64,000 nucleotides of DNA from Hyphochytrium catenoides (taxonomy: Eukaryota; Protista; Hyphochytriomycota), in NCBI GenBank assembly GCA_900088475.1, contig FLMG01004571.1, positions 62,001-126,000 of the forward strand, written 5' to 3'. The position numbers and the translations under genes were made by a program. This document shows positions 11,351 to 22,626 of this stretch, piece by piece. The notes under the pieces were generated by a model. It saw only the letters and a list, made by a program, of their open reading frames with translations, did not search any database and was not told the origin of the DNA. Position 1 is the stretch's first letter, and each line of letters begins with the position of its first letter.

Positions 11351-14300
11351 CTACGAGGAGGTCCAAGGATAGCTGGATGAGGGCTCGTGACGAACGCCGT
11401 CAGCGCCGCAAGGAGCCACCGTCAGACTAAGGGGACAGACGGATGTGCCCTCCAATCTGAGTGGAAAGGGAAGAATGATACATGTTAGTCCCGCTCCTAA
11501 GCCTCTTGACGCCAATCATGCGGATGTTAAACTCTTTCCTGGTCCTTTCTTGTCGCTACCGTAGCACCATCTTGTGGACTCGCAGCTCTCCACCCGCCTG
11601 AGATGGCATCGCCTCAACTTGCCCACCGTCACGCTCCTTACCTGCTCCATTGCTCCCAAAGTCGCTCTACCTTGGCTCTAACTGTCTCGTTCAGAACGAT
11701 GGCGAAGATGGCATCTACCCCGCCCGCTGTGGATTAGGGGTTAGGGAGCAGTATGGCTTGCTTGTAGAACAGGTTCAAGAATATTCTTGTTCCTGAACCT
11801 TCTACCCGTCTACCCTTGCTTGTCTCTCTTCAAATGCTATGGCTGCCTCTTTGGTCGTTCATTACTCGTGGCTCTATGAAGTCTCTCTGGATCTTCATCG
11901 TTTTTGCGGTTTGAACCAAATTTTGACTGATGGCTGTTTGTGCGTCCCTCTCCCCTACTAGTTTCATGATCCACATCTGTCCTTATTCTTGCGGACTCAC
12001 CTCCAGGAACCCCTGCGGCCAGAACCCCTGGAATGGCCATCGTCCGGTCGGCAAGAAGGGTTTGTGAGTCTGGCTCCACGTCAACACCCGCAGCCTCGCC
12101 CATAGCCCTAAGAGTCCATCAAGCTGAGAGAAGGATAGGGCAGCAACATCACACAACATAGACAAAGCCCAGGTAGGACGAAAGAAAAAGCAAGGATGCC
12201 AAAACCCAAGCAGAAGTAGAGCGCTTGGATTGGTAGGCCAGAGTCCTAACTTTCTGGGCGATTAAGGCGAGACAGAGTCAAAAGAAGCCACTCCTGAGGA
12301 CAGCTTAGAAAAGCGCAAGGACAGCCCCCAAAGAAGAAACCTGTGTCCAGATCGTAGACGCACTTTAGCTGGCTTCTGATCTGAAGAAATGCCTTTCGTA
12401 CGGAATAGAGGACAGCACCTGTGAATGCCTTTTCACCTTTAACCCACTAGTGGATAGTTAAGGAGTTAGTGCATCAGCAATTCAAGCGACACGGAAGAAC
12501 AATGCAAGGATACAGATAGTTGCCAGCGGACTAATCGTTAAAGAGAATGGGACATTTCCAAAGGAGAAGTAGGTGAGGCTCGTTCTGCCGGACCTTTGTC
12601 ATTCCAACGGAGATTAGACGTTAATGGTAGATAAGAAGTCAAGGTTGTGAGAGAAGACAACGATATCGGAACCAGTCCGGTGCTAACCTCTTGTGGCTCT
12701 AGCGTTGCACAGCGCTCAAGGGTTTCGGTGTATTCTTGGGGCATGGTCTCTGAAAGGGAGACAAGGCGCTCAAAGAGGCAGCATACGGCCGAGTTGGATA
12801 CTCCTAAACTTCGCCACTTTTCGGTGGCAAAAGGACCAGAAGACTTCCATGCCAAGATCTTCCTCACCATCGCCGGAGTTCCTGCTCAGGTGCGTTCCAG
12901 AGTTGGCCATTGAACCCACCGTGATAGGTAAACCGACAGGCCGAGGAACCAATAGAGGCAGAAGGGCCTTAAGGTAAGGCGGAGCAAGAAAGAGTAGCTG
13001 CTGGAGGAAATAGTAAAAAAGGTATTTTGGAGACCCTCACTCTTACGCGGGAGAGAGACACTGGGGTCCTACTAACCTGAGCCTCCTTGAACGTCTCCCA
13101 TTAGAAGGTGCAGTCCTGGTGGAAGAGAGAACTTTGCCTTGAATGATCAAAAAGACACAATGAAGGAGAGCAAACGAAACCAGAGACAGTGAGCAAGTGA
13201 TCAGCAGGATGCAGGATGTGGAAGAAGATTCCTTGCACGCCACAATCATTCTCACCCTTTCTCCTTGCCACTCCCGTTTGGTGTCCAGGACAGCCTCGTG
13301 AAGAGCAGCAGGGGAGAGAGAGGCGATGGAGAGCAATTTTTCAATGGCCTGAGGGCGAAACCTTCGATATCTTTGACTGCCGTAGACAGCCGCTGAAACG
13401 TCGAAGCCACTGCCAACCTGAAGCAACAACGAAAGGGCACAGGGTCAAGCAGTCTGAAACACGGGGCAGGAGAAAACGGAAGAGACAGAGGAAGGAATAG
13501 ACGGAAAGAGTGAAGAGAAAGAGAGAGAAGAGAGGAAAACGCAGAGGAGAGATTGTGAAGAGCCAGAGAGGGGAAAGGGAAAGAGAAAATAGGGATAGAG
13601 AAGTGCCCGACTGAAGGACTATGGGGAGAGACGAAGATAGCTGATCCCTTAGCCTCAAAGAGATTAGGAGGAGAATGATTGGAGAGAACGAGACACAATG
13701 GTTACTAGAAGGCGATCAATATGAAGGACGAAATAAGAGGCTTCACAACCTTCCCCTGCGCCGCGCCGTGACTAATCTGTGCAAGGTTGTGCACAATGTC
13801 CAGAGCTTGACTTCTCTCTGAAGAGTTAGACAATGCACATTGGTCAACTTCTACGTCCATCTTCGGATATCTTCACACTTGTTCGTACCTTCGTCTGAAG
13901 AGGGAGAGAGCTGGACGGCGCCAAAGAATGAAAGGACGGCGGCTACAAGCGATGTAATAAGGGCAGCGCTGCTTCCCATCCCTGTCTTATTGATCTGAAC
14001 GATGCCATTGGAGTCTGAGAGCCCAGAAATGTGGTGCCACATCAGAAGGTAGGGGTCGACAGAAAACTTATGAGTTAGAAGTGGTATCTGAGAACGTCTG
14101 CTTGATAGTGAGATAGAGTGAATGTCAGGGAGAACAGGGATTGGCAAGGTATAAGGAAGACAGCGGTCCGGGAGTGAAGTGAAAGGTGCGTACCTCTAAC
14201 GCATGGATTGAATCTTGGCAGTTCTTTGAGCCCTTGTGAGTTGAGGGGCAATCCTTTTTCCTCCAACTAAAAGGCATCGGAGGAGACAGAGTCACGCGTC

Positions 14301-15885
14301 AGCGAGCGAAAAAGGTGGGCGGAAGGGCTCATGACCAGCTCCGTATGTGGAAGAGAAGAGAAGAAGTGCCTTAAATGAACGAAGTGGAGCAGATGGCGTC
14401 AACCTGCCTCAGAATGAGGAGTATAGAGATAAATCGTATGAGAAGTAGGAGAGAAGAGGCTTGCTGACCGCTCTTCTTTGGGAGTAGAAGTCGTTATCGG
14501 CACGAAGGATGATGTCCAACTGCTTCCCCTTATTTTGAAGAGAGAGAAGATGTTCGCAGAATTCTTCTGGCCCCATAAACACCGAAAGAAAGGTGAAGCA
14601 GTACAGGAGAGTCATCTCGACATAGGTGTTTTCTTCCTGGCCTCTCCTAGGAGTTTCGACGAGAGGGAGGTAATGGACGAAAAAGTGACGAGAGAAAGAG
14701 AGAGAGAAAGAGATGGCGAGAGAAAGAGTGTGTGTGAGAGAGTGAGAGATACGACAGCAGACGGGCAAGAGAAGGGTAGTTCAGCTTAACGACGAACACT
14801 CTCTCTCTCCTGTCTCAAAAACAACTTCCCCCCTCTCAAGCTCTAACCCCGAACCTTGGCTCGAGTCTGAATAGTGAGTGCTCCCCTCTGCATAAATGAT
14901 AGGTCCACTGCTGGTGAAACTGAGGACTGACGACTCGCACTGGGAGGGCTAACGTAGCTTCCATACTTTCTGCGGCGTCCTCTAGCTAAAGAGGAAAGAA
15001 GAGAAAGAGAGAGACTCTCTCAGAGTGGGAACAATGTAGAGAGGAGCATGAAGAGGTAGAAGGGACACACCTGGAGCGGAAGAGAAGGAGGAAGCTTGTG
15101 ACGAAACGAAAAGAAAATGAGGCAGTGCAAAGAAGACACATAGAGAAAAGAGAGAGATGGGCTCGCTCTCGGCTTTCTTCCCCTTATTTCCCAGCCGCTT
15201 TTCTTTGGCTGACCTGTGTAAGGGCGATAGTGGTATAAAAGCGGGCGGAGGCAGCGAGGACGAGCCCTTCATGCTCAGGTTCCAGAATAAGATAGCCACC
15301 AACCAAGAGAACTTTACCGGGAGCACTTAATGTCCTACGGGCAGAGAGAGAGAGCCACCCAGAGAGCGAAAGAAGAGGTGAGGCGAGAGGGTAGAGTGCG
15401 GAAGAGGGGAGAGAAAGAGAGAGTCACAAGCTTGCCAGCCTTAGACAACTGACTGAGAGAAGCAGGCCGCAGGAAGAGGGCCAATGGAGAGGGGAGGCGG
15501 AACTGACGTGACGACGGGTAGCGTCTGACAATGGACGACGGACAGATTGATCAGAAGGCAAGTTGCCCTACTTGACAGACAGAGTGAGAAGAAGATAGAC
15601 TCTTAGATAGAAGAGTGCCAGAGAGACAGAGAGCGACTGTGGGAGAGTAGGTGTTAGCCCTAGGGCAGGGTATGCCGTCAACTATGTGCTTGCTTACATC
15701 GCCTTATGAGTCCCCCCTAACGGTCTGTCCAGCGCTGGCAGTCTCTCGCTTACCCTGTCTTCCTTCCTCTCTCTCCTTTCCCGAGCATTCTTTGCCCGAC
15801 CGCGCTGGGAGAGAGAATAAGCAGCCACAAGAATGCTCATGGCCACCAACGCCGCGGCGGTTGAAAGTCCTATATCTCTCCGCAT
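11351..15885 (-). CDS. ERG8: Phosphomevalonate kinase, ERG8 (GHMP) type, multi-exon, with N-terminal extension
   Basis: SAPGKVLLVGGYLILE, NTYVEMTL, ADNDFYSQ, KTGMGSSAALITSLV, VGSGFDVSAAVYGSQRYRRF, MGEAAGVDVEPDSQT, GVLAAGVPGAGGVDAIFAI. Stop at 11351-11353. Confidence 0.92.
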
Positions 15886-16149
15886 CGTAATGCGGGAGAG
15901 CGAGACAGGTAGAAGAATATCTTCTCCAGAGAAGAGGGGAGAGAGGGAGGGGTGAGAGGGGAGAGAGAGAGAGAATACAAAGAGAGGCTGTCGGTTGACC
16001 ATGAGATCAATGATGAGCCTTTGAGCCAGCGCAGAGAAAATCAAGGACTATATATGCGGTGCGTTGAGCGAGGGGTGTGGGAGCAGAGTCCAGAGACCAG
16101 AGTCATAGAAGAGATCCAAATCGAGATCAAGAGATCGAGAAATTGCGCG

Positions 16150-16858
16150 CACGCGAGAGAGAGAGAGACAGAGAGAGAAAGAGAGAGAGAGACAGAAAGC
16201 CAGATAGAAAGAAGAGAGAGAGAGAAAAAAAGAGAGAGAGAGAAAGAAAGAGAGAAGGAGAGAGAGAGAGAGAAAGAGAGATTGTTTCGTGTCAGAGCAG
16301 CAGAGAGGGAAGGAGGAGGAACCAGTTCTGAGTGATGACTACCTAGCCGGAATCTCAGGCGTTAGCGGCTCTTAAGAATGTCTATGAAGAGATCTTTTTT
16401 CTTTTTCTTGCAATCAGATCGGAAAGGACGCAACGCAGGCCATCATCAAGCGCCTGCACTGGTTGTTCTGAGTTCTGAGGCAGACACTGAGAGAGAAACT
16501 CAGAGGGAGAGAGAGAGAGAGACTGTGAGAGAGAGAGAAACTCTGTGAGAGAGGCAGAAAGAGAGAGAGACTCTGAGAAAGAGAGAGAGTGAGAGAAGAC
16601 AGAGAGAGAGAGAAAAGGAAAGGAGATGGGGCGTAGGTCTGGAAGAGCGGGAAGGTCGACACTCAAGAGACAGAAACGCACAAACCAGGTGAGTGAGGTT
16701 CCAAGAGACAGGAAGAGCTGAGGTTGGCGCGAGAGAGGTGAGAGTAGCAAAGGGGAAGACAAACTGAGGCAAAGGATAGGGAAAGCGATAGAGGTCCTGA
16801 GCACGTTGGCATGAGAAGGTTGAGAATCTTATCCCGCGATCGAACCTTGATAGTAGGC

Positions 16859-16891
<33 letters not shown>

Positions 16892-17020
16892 TAAAGAGCG
16901 AAAGAGGGTGAGAGAGGAGAGAGAGGNNNNNNNNNNNNNNNNNNNNNNNNNNNNNNNNNNNNNNNNNNNNNNNNNNNNNNNNNNNNNNNNNNNNNNNNNN
17001 NAGAGAGAGAGAGAGAGAGA
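16150..17020. repeat. GA-rich microsatellite tracts including an assembly gap (N 16927-17001)
   Basis: Directly visible. Confidence 0.9.
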
Positions 17021-17133
17021 GAAGACCAAGAGGCTTGAGACACGATGTTAAAAATCAAACTCTTGGCAATGACAGCCACACCGACACAAGCGCATTATTT
17101 ATAATAGGAGTCCTTTCCTTCCTGTCTGTCTCC

Positions 17134-20100
17134 TTAGATGCCCCAGAGGCTTGGCTTCTCAGTCATTTTATTAGCGAGTTTCTGCTGCTGCTCCATCGTG
17201 TCTGTGGCGGTCTGCACCCGACCCTGAACGCGTTGAATCGTCTCGGTGCTCTCCACTATCTCCTTGTTGGCATAGTCAGCCTGAGAGCAGCCAGAACGAG
17301 AGGAGATAGTAGAGCAAGTGTGTGGGCGAGAGACAAAGAGAGAGAAAGAGAGAAAGAGAGAGAGAGAGAGCAGACAGGTGGTTAGGGAGCAGCAGCATAC
17401 TAGCGCTCCAAGGCAAAGGGAAGAGGGGTAGAACCTAATGGCATGGGAGGGAAGATGAAAGATCCTGAAGGCAAAGGAGAGAAAAGCCATAGGTCTTCAG
17501 ACGGGAGAAGGACGGAGATCGAAAACCTATCGATGAAGGGAGAGAGCAGTCTCGCTTGCAATGTCTCGAACTCTTTTGCTTCTCTCTTTCTCTATTCTTC
17601 GGTTTCTCTACTCTCTCTCTCTCTGCCACTGGCTCTCCCTCCTCTCTGTCTCTCCTCTTTGGTTTCTTCTTTCTTTCTCTTCGCATTTCCTATCTCTCCG
17701 CCCTAAACAAGCAGTCGGGCTCCCTGTACCATTCTAGCTCCACCCTCTCTCCTCTCTGAGTTCTTCCCAAACACGACGTCTCAGTCAAGCTCTTCTCACC
17801 AGCTCCTTCATGTCCGAGAGGCACCTGGACAAGTTGGCAAGGTCGCTGTTCTTAGAGTTTTTTAGCTTGTTCGCGAGCTCAGGATTCTTCAGGGCCACGC
17901 GGCTGATAGCCGCCTGCTTCACCATCCCTTTACCCTTACCAGCCTGGAGTGACATGTGAGACAGAGACCGATAAAGAGGAAGACACGTGCAGACAGACAG
18001 AGAGTGAACCAAGAGCAATAAAGAAATCAATCCGTACGACAGAGAGAGAGAAGTTGGGAAAGCCAGAAGAGAGACACAATTGATCGCCGACGCTCAAGTT
18101 AGCAAAGTTCGAGAGCAACCTACTCCTCCTCCTCGGACTGCAATGTGAGAGGGAAGCTCCACAGTTGGTGGTGGAGAAGCTTCCACAGCAGCGCGCTTAC
18201 CTTGGTCATTTCCATCTTCTGTCTCAGCAGCTGCGCCTTCTTCCTCTTGGCCCACTCCACATTGCTGCTGAAGTGATGGGTTAGAGGATGCGCCATCTGC
18301 TGAAGAATGTTGCCGCTTTCCTCTTGAATCTTCTCAATATCGTCGAGGTCCTGGTTGATCTTCTCCAGTTGCTCTATAGCGGCCCGGAAGAGATTAAGGG
18401 ATGGTGCAATAAAGCGCGGGACAAAGAGAGAAGACGGGAGAAGTTAGAAGCGAAGAGCGAAATACTCCTCTAGCTCTAGACCGATGGGTCTTATGCTGCT
18501 CTCTGCTGTTGCCGCTTCTCCTTCCCAGCTAGGTCCCCTATTTTCGTTACAGTTTGGCTTCTGTCTGTGTGTCTCTCTCTCTCACTCGCTCGCTCTGGGC
18601 ACGCGCTCTCCCGCTCTCTGACGCCTGTCATCTCTGTTTCTCTCGTCCGCTCTCTTTCGTCATGTTGCCCCTTCTGTGTCACTCTTCTATGACTTGCTTC
18701 CTCAACTCCCACCTCTATTCCTATCTAACTCTGCGTTCGTCGACTTCATGATCGCGGAAGTTTTCTCTCCTACTGCCAAGGCCTTTGCAATGTTATTGTC
18801 GAAGGTCTTTACATTCTTCTTCAGTTCAGCCTGCAAACATTCATGCGGCGAGACGACAGAAGATGGTTAGGTTTGGCGGAGGTAATGGCATCTGCAGAGA
18901 ACAGTGAAACAAGTATGTGGGAACTAGATCGTAGAGGCCAGCAGAACCGATAACGAGGATTAGAGTACCTGCTCTTGAGCTTTGGCACTTGAGGCCAAGA
19001 GACCTCCATCGTCAGCCGCACCAGGCCCTCCAGAGTCTCGCCGATGCACTGTTGACCGCAGGAGAGGCAGTAGAAGAAAAAGGGAGAAGAAAGTTAGGTT
19101 CTTCTCTTCACATCTTTGTCTTCGACTCTATCGCTGACCGATGGTCTGTTCTCCTACTTACATTCTCTAGCCTCTGTTGCGGTGGAAGTGTCCGCCCTCA
19201 AAGCCTGAAGCCATTTCAGTTGCTGGCCCTTGTCATCCAGATAAGCAGCTGTCTCCACCTTAGACTCATTAAGCTTGTGACCTGGCAGGGAGCGCAGAGA
19301 CACGATTGAATTAGTCATTGAAGAGGTGGCGTTTTTTGGAGGTTTTTTCAATAGCAATAGGGCAATCCGCAGAGAGTAGAGTAGGCGTCAGATGGCTGCG
19401 GGACCATAGCGCGCAGGAGATACCGCCAAATGCCACAGAAGAAGGATGAGAGTGGCCCGAGAAGAGAAACATGAGGAGAAAGCGAAGGAAAGGCTATTTA
19501 TATAGGGATAGCTCTGTCCCTGGGTGAACAAGTGCTTCACAAGGACCTGGAGGAAGCGGGGAGAAAGCAGAAGAACAAAAAGAAGAGGATAATGAAGAGA
19601 GGGAAATAAACCGAAGCAAAAGAAGGAAAGAGAGGGAAAGCGAGCTAAGTTGCCGTCAGACCATAGAACTTCAGTCCGTAAGGCTTGACGTCTTTTTTGA
19701 TGATGGTGCCAGTTTCAATTTCAGTGGCCTCAACGCGGTCCAGGATGAAGGCGCCCTTTGGCGGTGCGCCTCGAGTGCAGTCTGCTTCCGTGTCCCAGTA
19801 CATAAAGAGCTTTGACTCTGTCTCATACTTGCAATAACAGCGTTTCCAAGCCTTCCCCACAAGGTCATCAGCTTCAAATGGCGACGGAAGGACATATGGA
19901 GAGGTAACGAGCAGTGCAAGAATCAGTATTGGCGAGGAGGAGCTGCAGGCATACATAAAGGTAGAAGCACACTCCATTATACAAAGAGAGAGAGAGAGGG
20001 AATAGGAAGAGTAAAGCACAGGTTGAAGAGAAGATAATCGCGCAAGCCGACTGAGGCGGAACTCCCAGGCTTCCCCAGTCGAGCCCTATAGCCCTCCATG

Positions 20101-20462
20101 CTCTTACATTTCTTCTTCAAGTAGCCTTCAAAGCCATCCACTCTGGCCTGAGCTGAGCTATGCCCGTCCATCCTTCCTGACCCTTTCCTCAACTCCACTT
20201 AGATGTTAAGAAAAGCGTCCAACAGCCACGGAGCAACCTTACAGCAAAGGATGGACAGCTCAGCACTCGCTTCGACAGAATCCGTAAACTTGAGGAGCTT
20301 TCTTGAGGGCTTGGTGACTATGAGGACCAATTGGATCGAAAGAAAGGAAATGGGCAACAAGGAAGGGATAAGAGAAAGAAGAGGGAGATTGGTATGAGGT
20401 CAACCACTCCTTGCTGTCGATGTTGGCTCCTTGCTTCTCGAGGTCTGTCTCTTCTCCATCAT
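17134..20462 (-). CDS. PH-domain-containing SNAP-25-like Qbc-SNARE (start may instead be the ATG at 20171)
   Basis: PH motifs FEGYLKKK..VGKAWKRCYCKY..LFMYWD..PKGAFIL..QQLKWLQAL. Exons 18830-18713, 18373-18201, 17943-17800 and 17280-17134 splice in phase and encode two heptad motifs that align without gaps to the SNAP-25 Qb and Qc helices. No transmembrane segment. Confidence 0.8.
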
Positions 20463-20589
20463 GAACCGTCCGTCACCCAGATCCTTTACCTATATCTAAG
20501 TTGTTAGGAGCCTTGCCTCTCCTTCCAATCGCTCTACTGGAGCTCTTTCCCTTCTGTCGTTCCTCCTCTTCAATCGTTTTTTTCAATTT

Positions 20590-20780
20590 GTACCTTACTC
20601 TCCTCTCTCTCTGTCTTTCTCTCTCTCTCCCTTTATCTCTCTCTCTTTCTCTCCCTCCCTCTCTCACTCTCTTTTCTCTCTCGCTCTCTCGCTCTTCATC
20701 TCTTTGTCTTTCTCTTTCTCTCCCTCTCTTGCTCTCTCTCTCTCTTGCTTTCTCTCTCTTTCTCTCTCGCTCTCTCTCAC
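20590..20780. repeat. (CT)n microsatellite in divergent intergenic region
   Basis: Directly visible. Confidence 0.95.
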
Positions 20781-21484
20781 TTGTCATGAGGAGTAGCAGC
20801 TTCATTGATGATGAGGCGTTACAGCAGCTCCAATTCCTTCACTTCTGATAGCGGCTAACGCTACGCAGACGCCTGTTGGGAGCATACTACTACATACGCA
20901 CATAAGGACGAGCCTTTGACCAGTAGAGTCCTTGTTCTCCCACAACAGCAGCAGGAAAGGATCAAGAGGTCATGGTCCAGGCTGATCACTGACCACTCTC
21001 TGAAGGATCTCAAGCACAAGGACATCGTAGTTCAGCACAGCCTCTGCAGTTGGGGAGGACCGAGAGTCCTTCGTCCGTTGCCTTCTTCTTCTTCGTTCGG
21101 TCTGTCATTTATTGACTTCCTCTCCGTCGTCTTGGACATTGTTATGGGAAGTGTTGAGTTCGCACTTGACAAACAGCAACGTTGGTCGTAAGTAGTGGTC
21201 TTTCTAACTGCTGGGGCCGTGATAACGTTACTTCCTTGATCATACGACGCCTGCTATCCGCTCGTCAGCCATCCCACTTGCCCTTGGTGGTCGCAATAAC
21301 GAGAAGAGGAGTACTAACGAGAGGAGGAGTACGATCATACAAGGAAGGAGGACCAGTTAAATTATATATAGCTAACGTCATTAACCCTCTCGGCGTGGAA
21401 CAACAAAAGAACCAGCCTGTTGGTATCATCGCCCCACATTGCATCAGAAGTTTCTTGGACGAGCGAAAAAAAGGAACATCGAAC

Positions 21485-22075
21485 ATGCAAACGCGTAACC
21501 AGAACAGTGGACGATCATCAAGTTCACCACCAGCCCCCAAGGAGACTTCCATCGGGATCCTAGCCATCAATGGCAACGGCGATTTCTTGGTCATTCAGCA
21601 GACGCACGGACACCATTGGACTTTCTCCAAGGGTCATCCCAAGCGTTCAGAAGTAGAGATCCAGACAGCTCTGCGTGAGCTCAAGGAGGAGACCGGACTT
21701 ACAGTCAAAAGCTTTCTCTGGGTCGACGAGAAGAACCACCCACAGTTTATCCCTCATCACGAAGCCAAGCCGCAAATTCATGAGAGCCAAGCCGGCGAAT
21801 GCTTGCCAAGGCATCCGCTCATAAGACTTAGCCAGCAGTATCTAGTCACGAAGAGACGGAGCACTCACATGAAGCAAAACCATTTTTTTGTTGCCATCGT
21901 TAATGATGACCCAGTGCGCCTTCAGCCAAAAGAAGTGAAGGATCACAAGTGGCTGCCAGCAGCAGAAGCTGAGGCACAGCTCACATTCGAAGAGGACCGT
22001 TCTCTGCTGCGCGAGACCACGGCGATCATCGACAGGCTTCCCACAGCCTCAAGGACAGCTTCAGCTTCAGAATAA
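21485..22075 (+). CDS. Nudix hydrolase, Ap4A hydrolase (NUDT2)-like, intronless
   Basis: Perfect Nudix box GHPKRSEVEIQTALRELKEETGL preceded by HWTFSKG; C-terminal EVKDHKWL..EA...LTF. First ATG is 21485, although the frame is open from 21182. Confidence 0.85.
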   Translation: MQTRNQNSGRSSSSPPAPKETSIGILAINGNGDFLVIQQTHGHHWTFSKGHPKRSEVEIQTALRELKEETGLTVKSFLWVDEKNHPQFIPHHEAKPQIHESQAGECLPRHPLIRLSQQYLVTKRRSTHMKQNHFFVAIVNDDPVRLQPKEVKDHKWLPAAEAEAQLTFEEDRSLLRETTAIIDRLPTASRTASASE

Positions 22076-22626
22076 CCAGGAACTGACTCCATCAGTCCAA
22101 AACGTGCTGCTGCTTGAAATTTTGTACCTGAAACCTTTCCCCCGGGTGAGGTATTAATGCGGAAAACTTGAATAGCATGGAATTTACAAAGGCTTTCCTG
22201 GAAAAGGTTTCTTTCGGTTTTTTGGGAATACTTCACAATAAATTGCACGCAGACCCTCATTTTATCTACCAATGAACAAGGGACTCGCCTCGTTAGGACT
22301 GAATCTCACGACCATGATGCCCGCCTTCCATTGTTTACTATACAACTAGTTCCTATTGTTACGTTTTAGCACAGACTGAAGGACAGTCATTACAGTAGGT
22401 TGTTCCCAGCTATCCACATAATGGAATGGCTGTCAGATAAGGTTCCAGGAGTGATTGTCCTTGTGCGCCGCTGGGTGGAAGAACTTCATCTGCGGCTGCC
22501 GCGCCGCGTTATTAGCGCTCACTCTTCCATTTCCATCAACATCTCGCAGTGCTTTGGAGCTCTGCGATCGGCTGAGGGCTCTAGGAGGCCAGCTAGACAG
22601 ACCCGGTGTCACAGAGCTGAACGCCT

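Noticed and set aside
19645-19665. Apparent premature stop or GC donor at the end of the PH exon (YGLTAT*)
   Set aside because: A canonical donor TATG|GTCTGA at 19662/19661 restores phase with the next exon; no recoding is needed.
21182-21484. 100-codon open extension upstream of the Nudix ATG
   Set aside because: No ATG and no recognisable domain or supported upstream exon; left out of the gene model.
22093-22301. AT-rich 210-bp segment with weak inverted ends CAGTCCAAAACG / CGTTAGGACTG
   Set aside because: The match is too short and there is no TA duplication; it is not distinguishable from ordinary 3' UTR or intergenic DNA.
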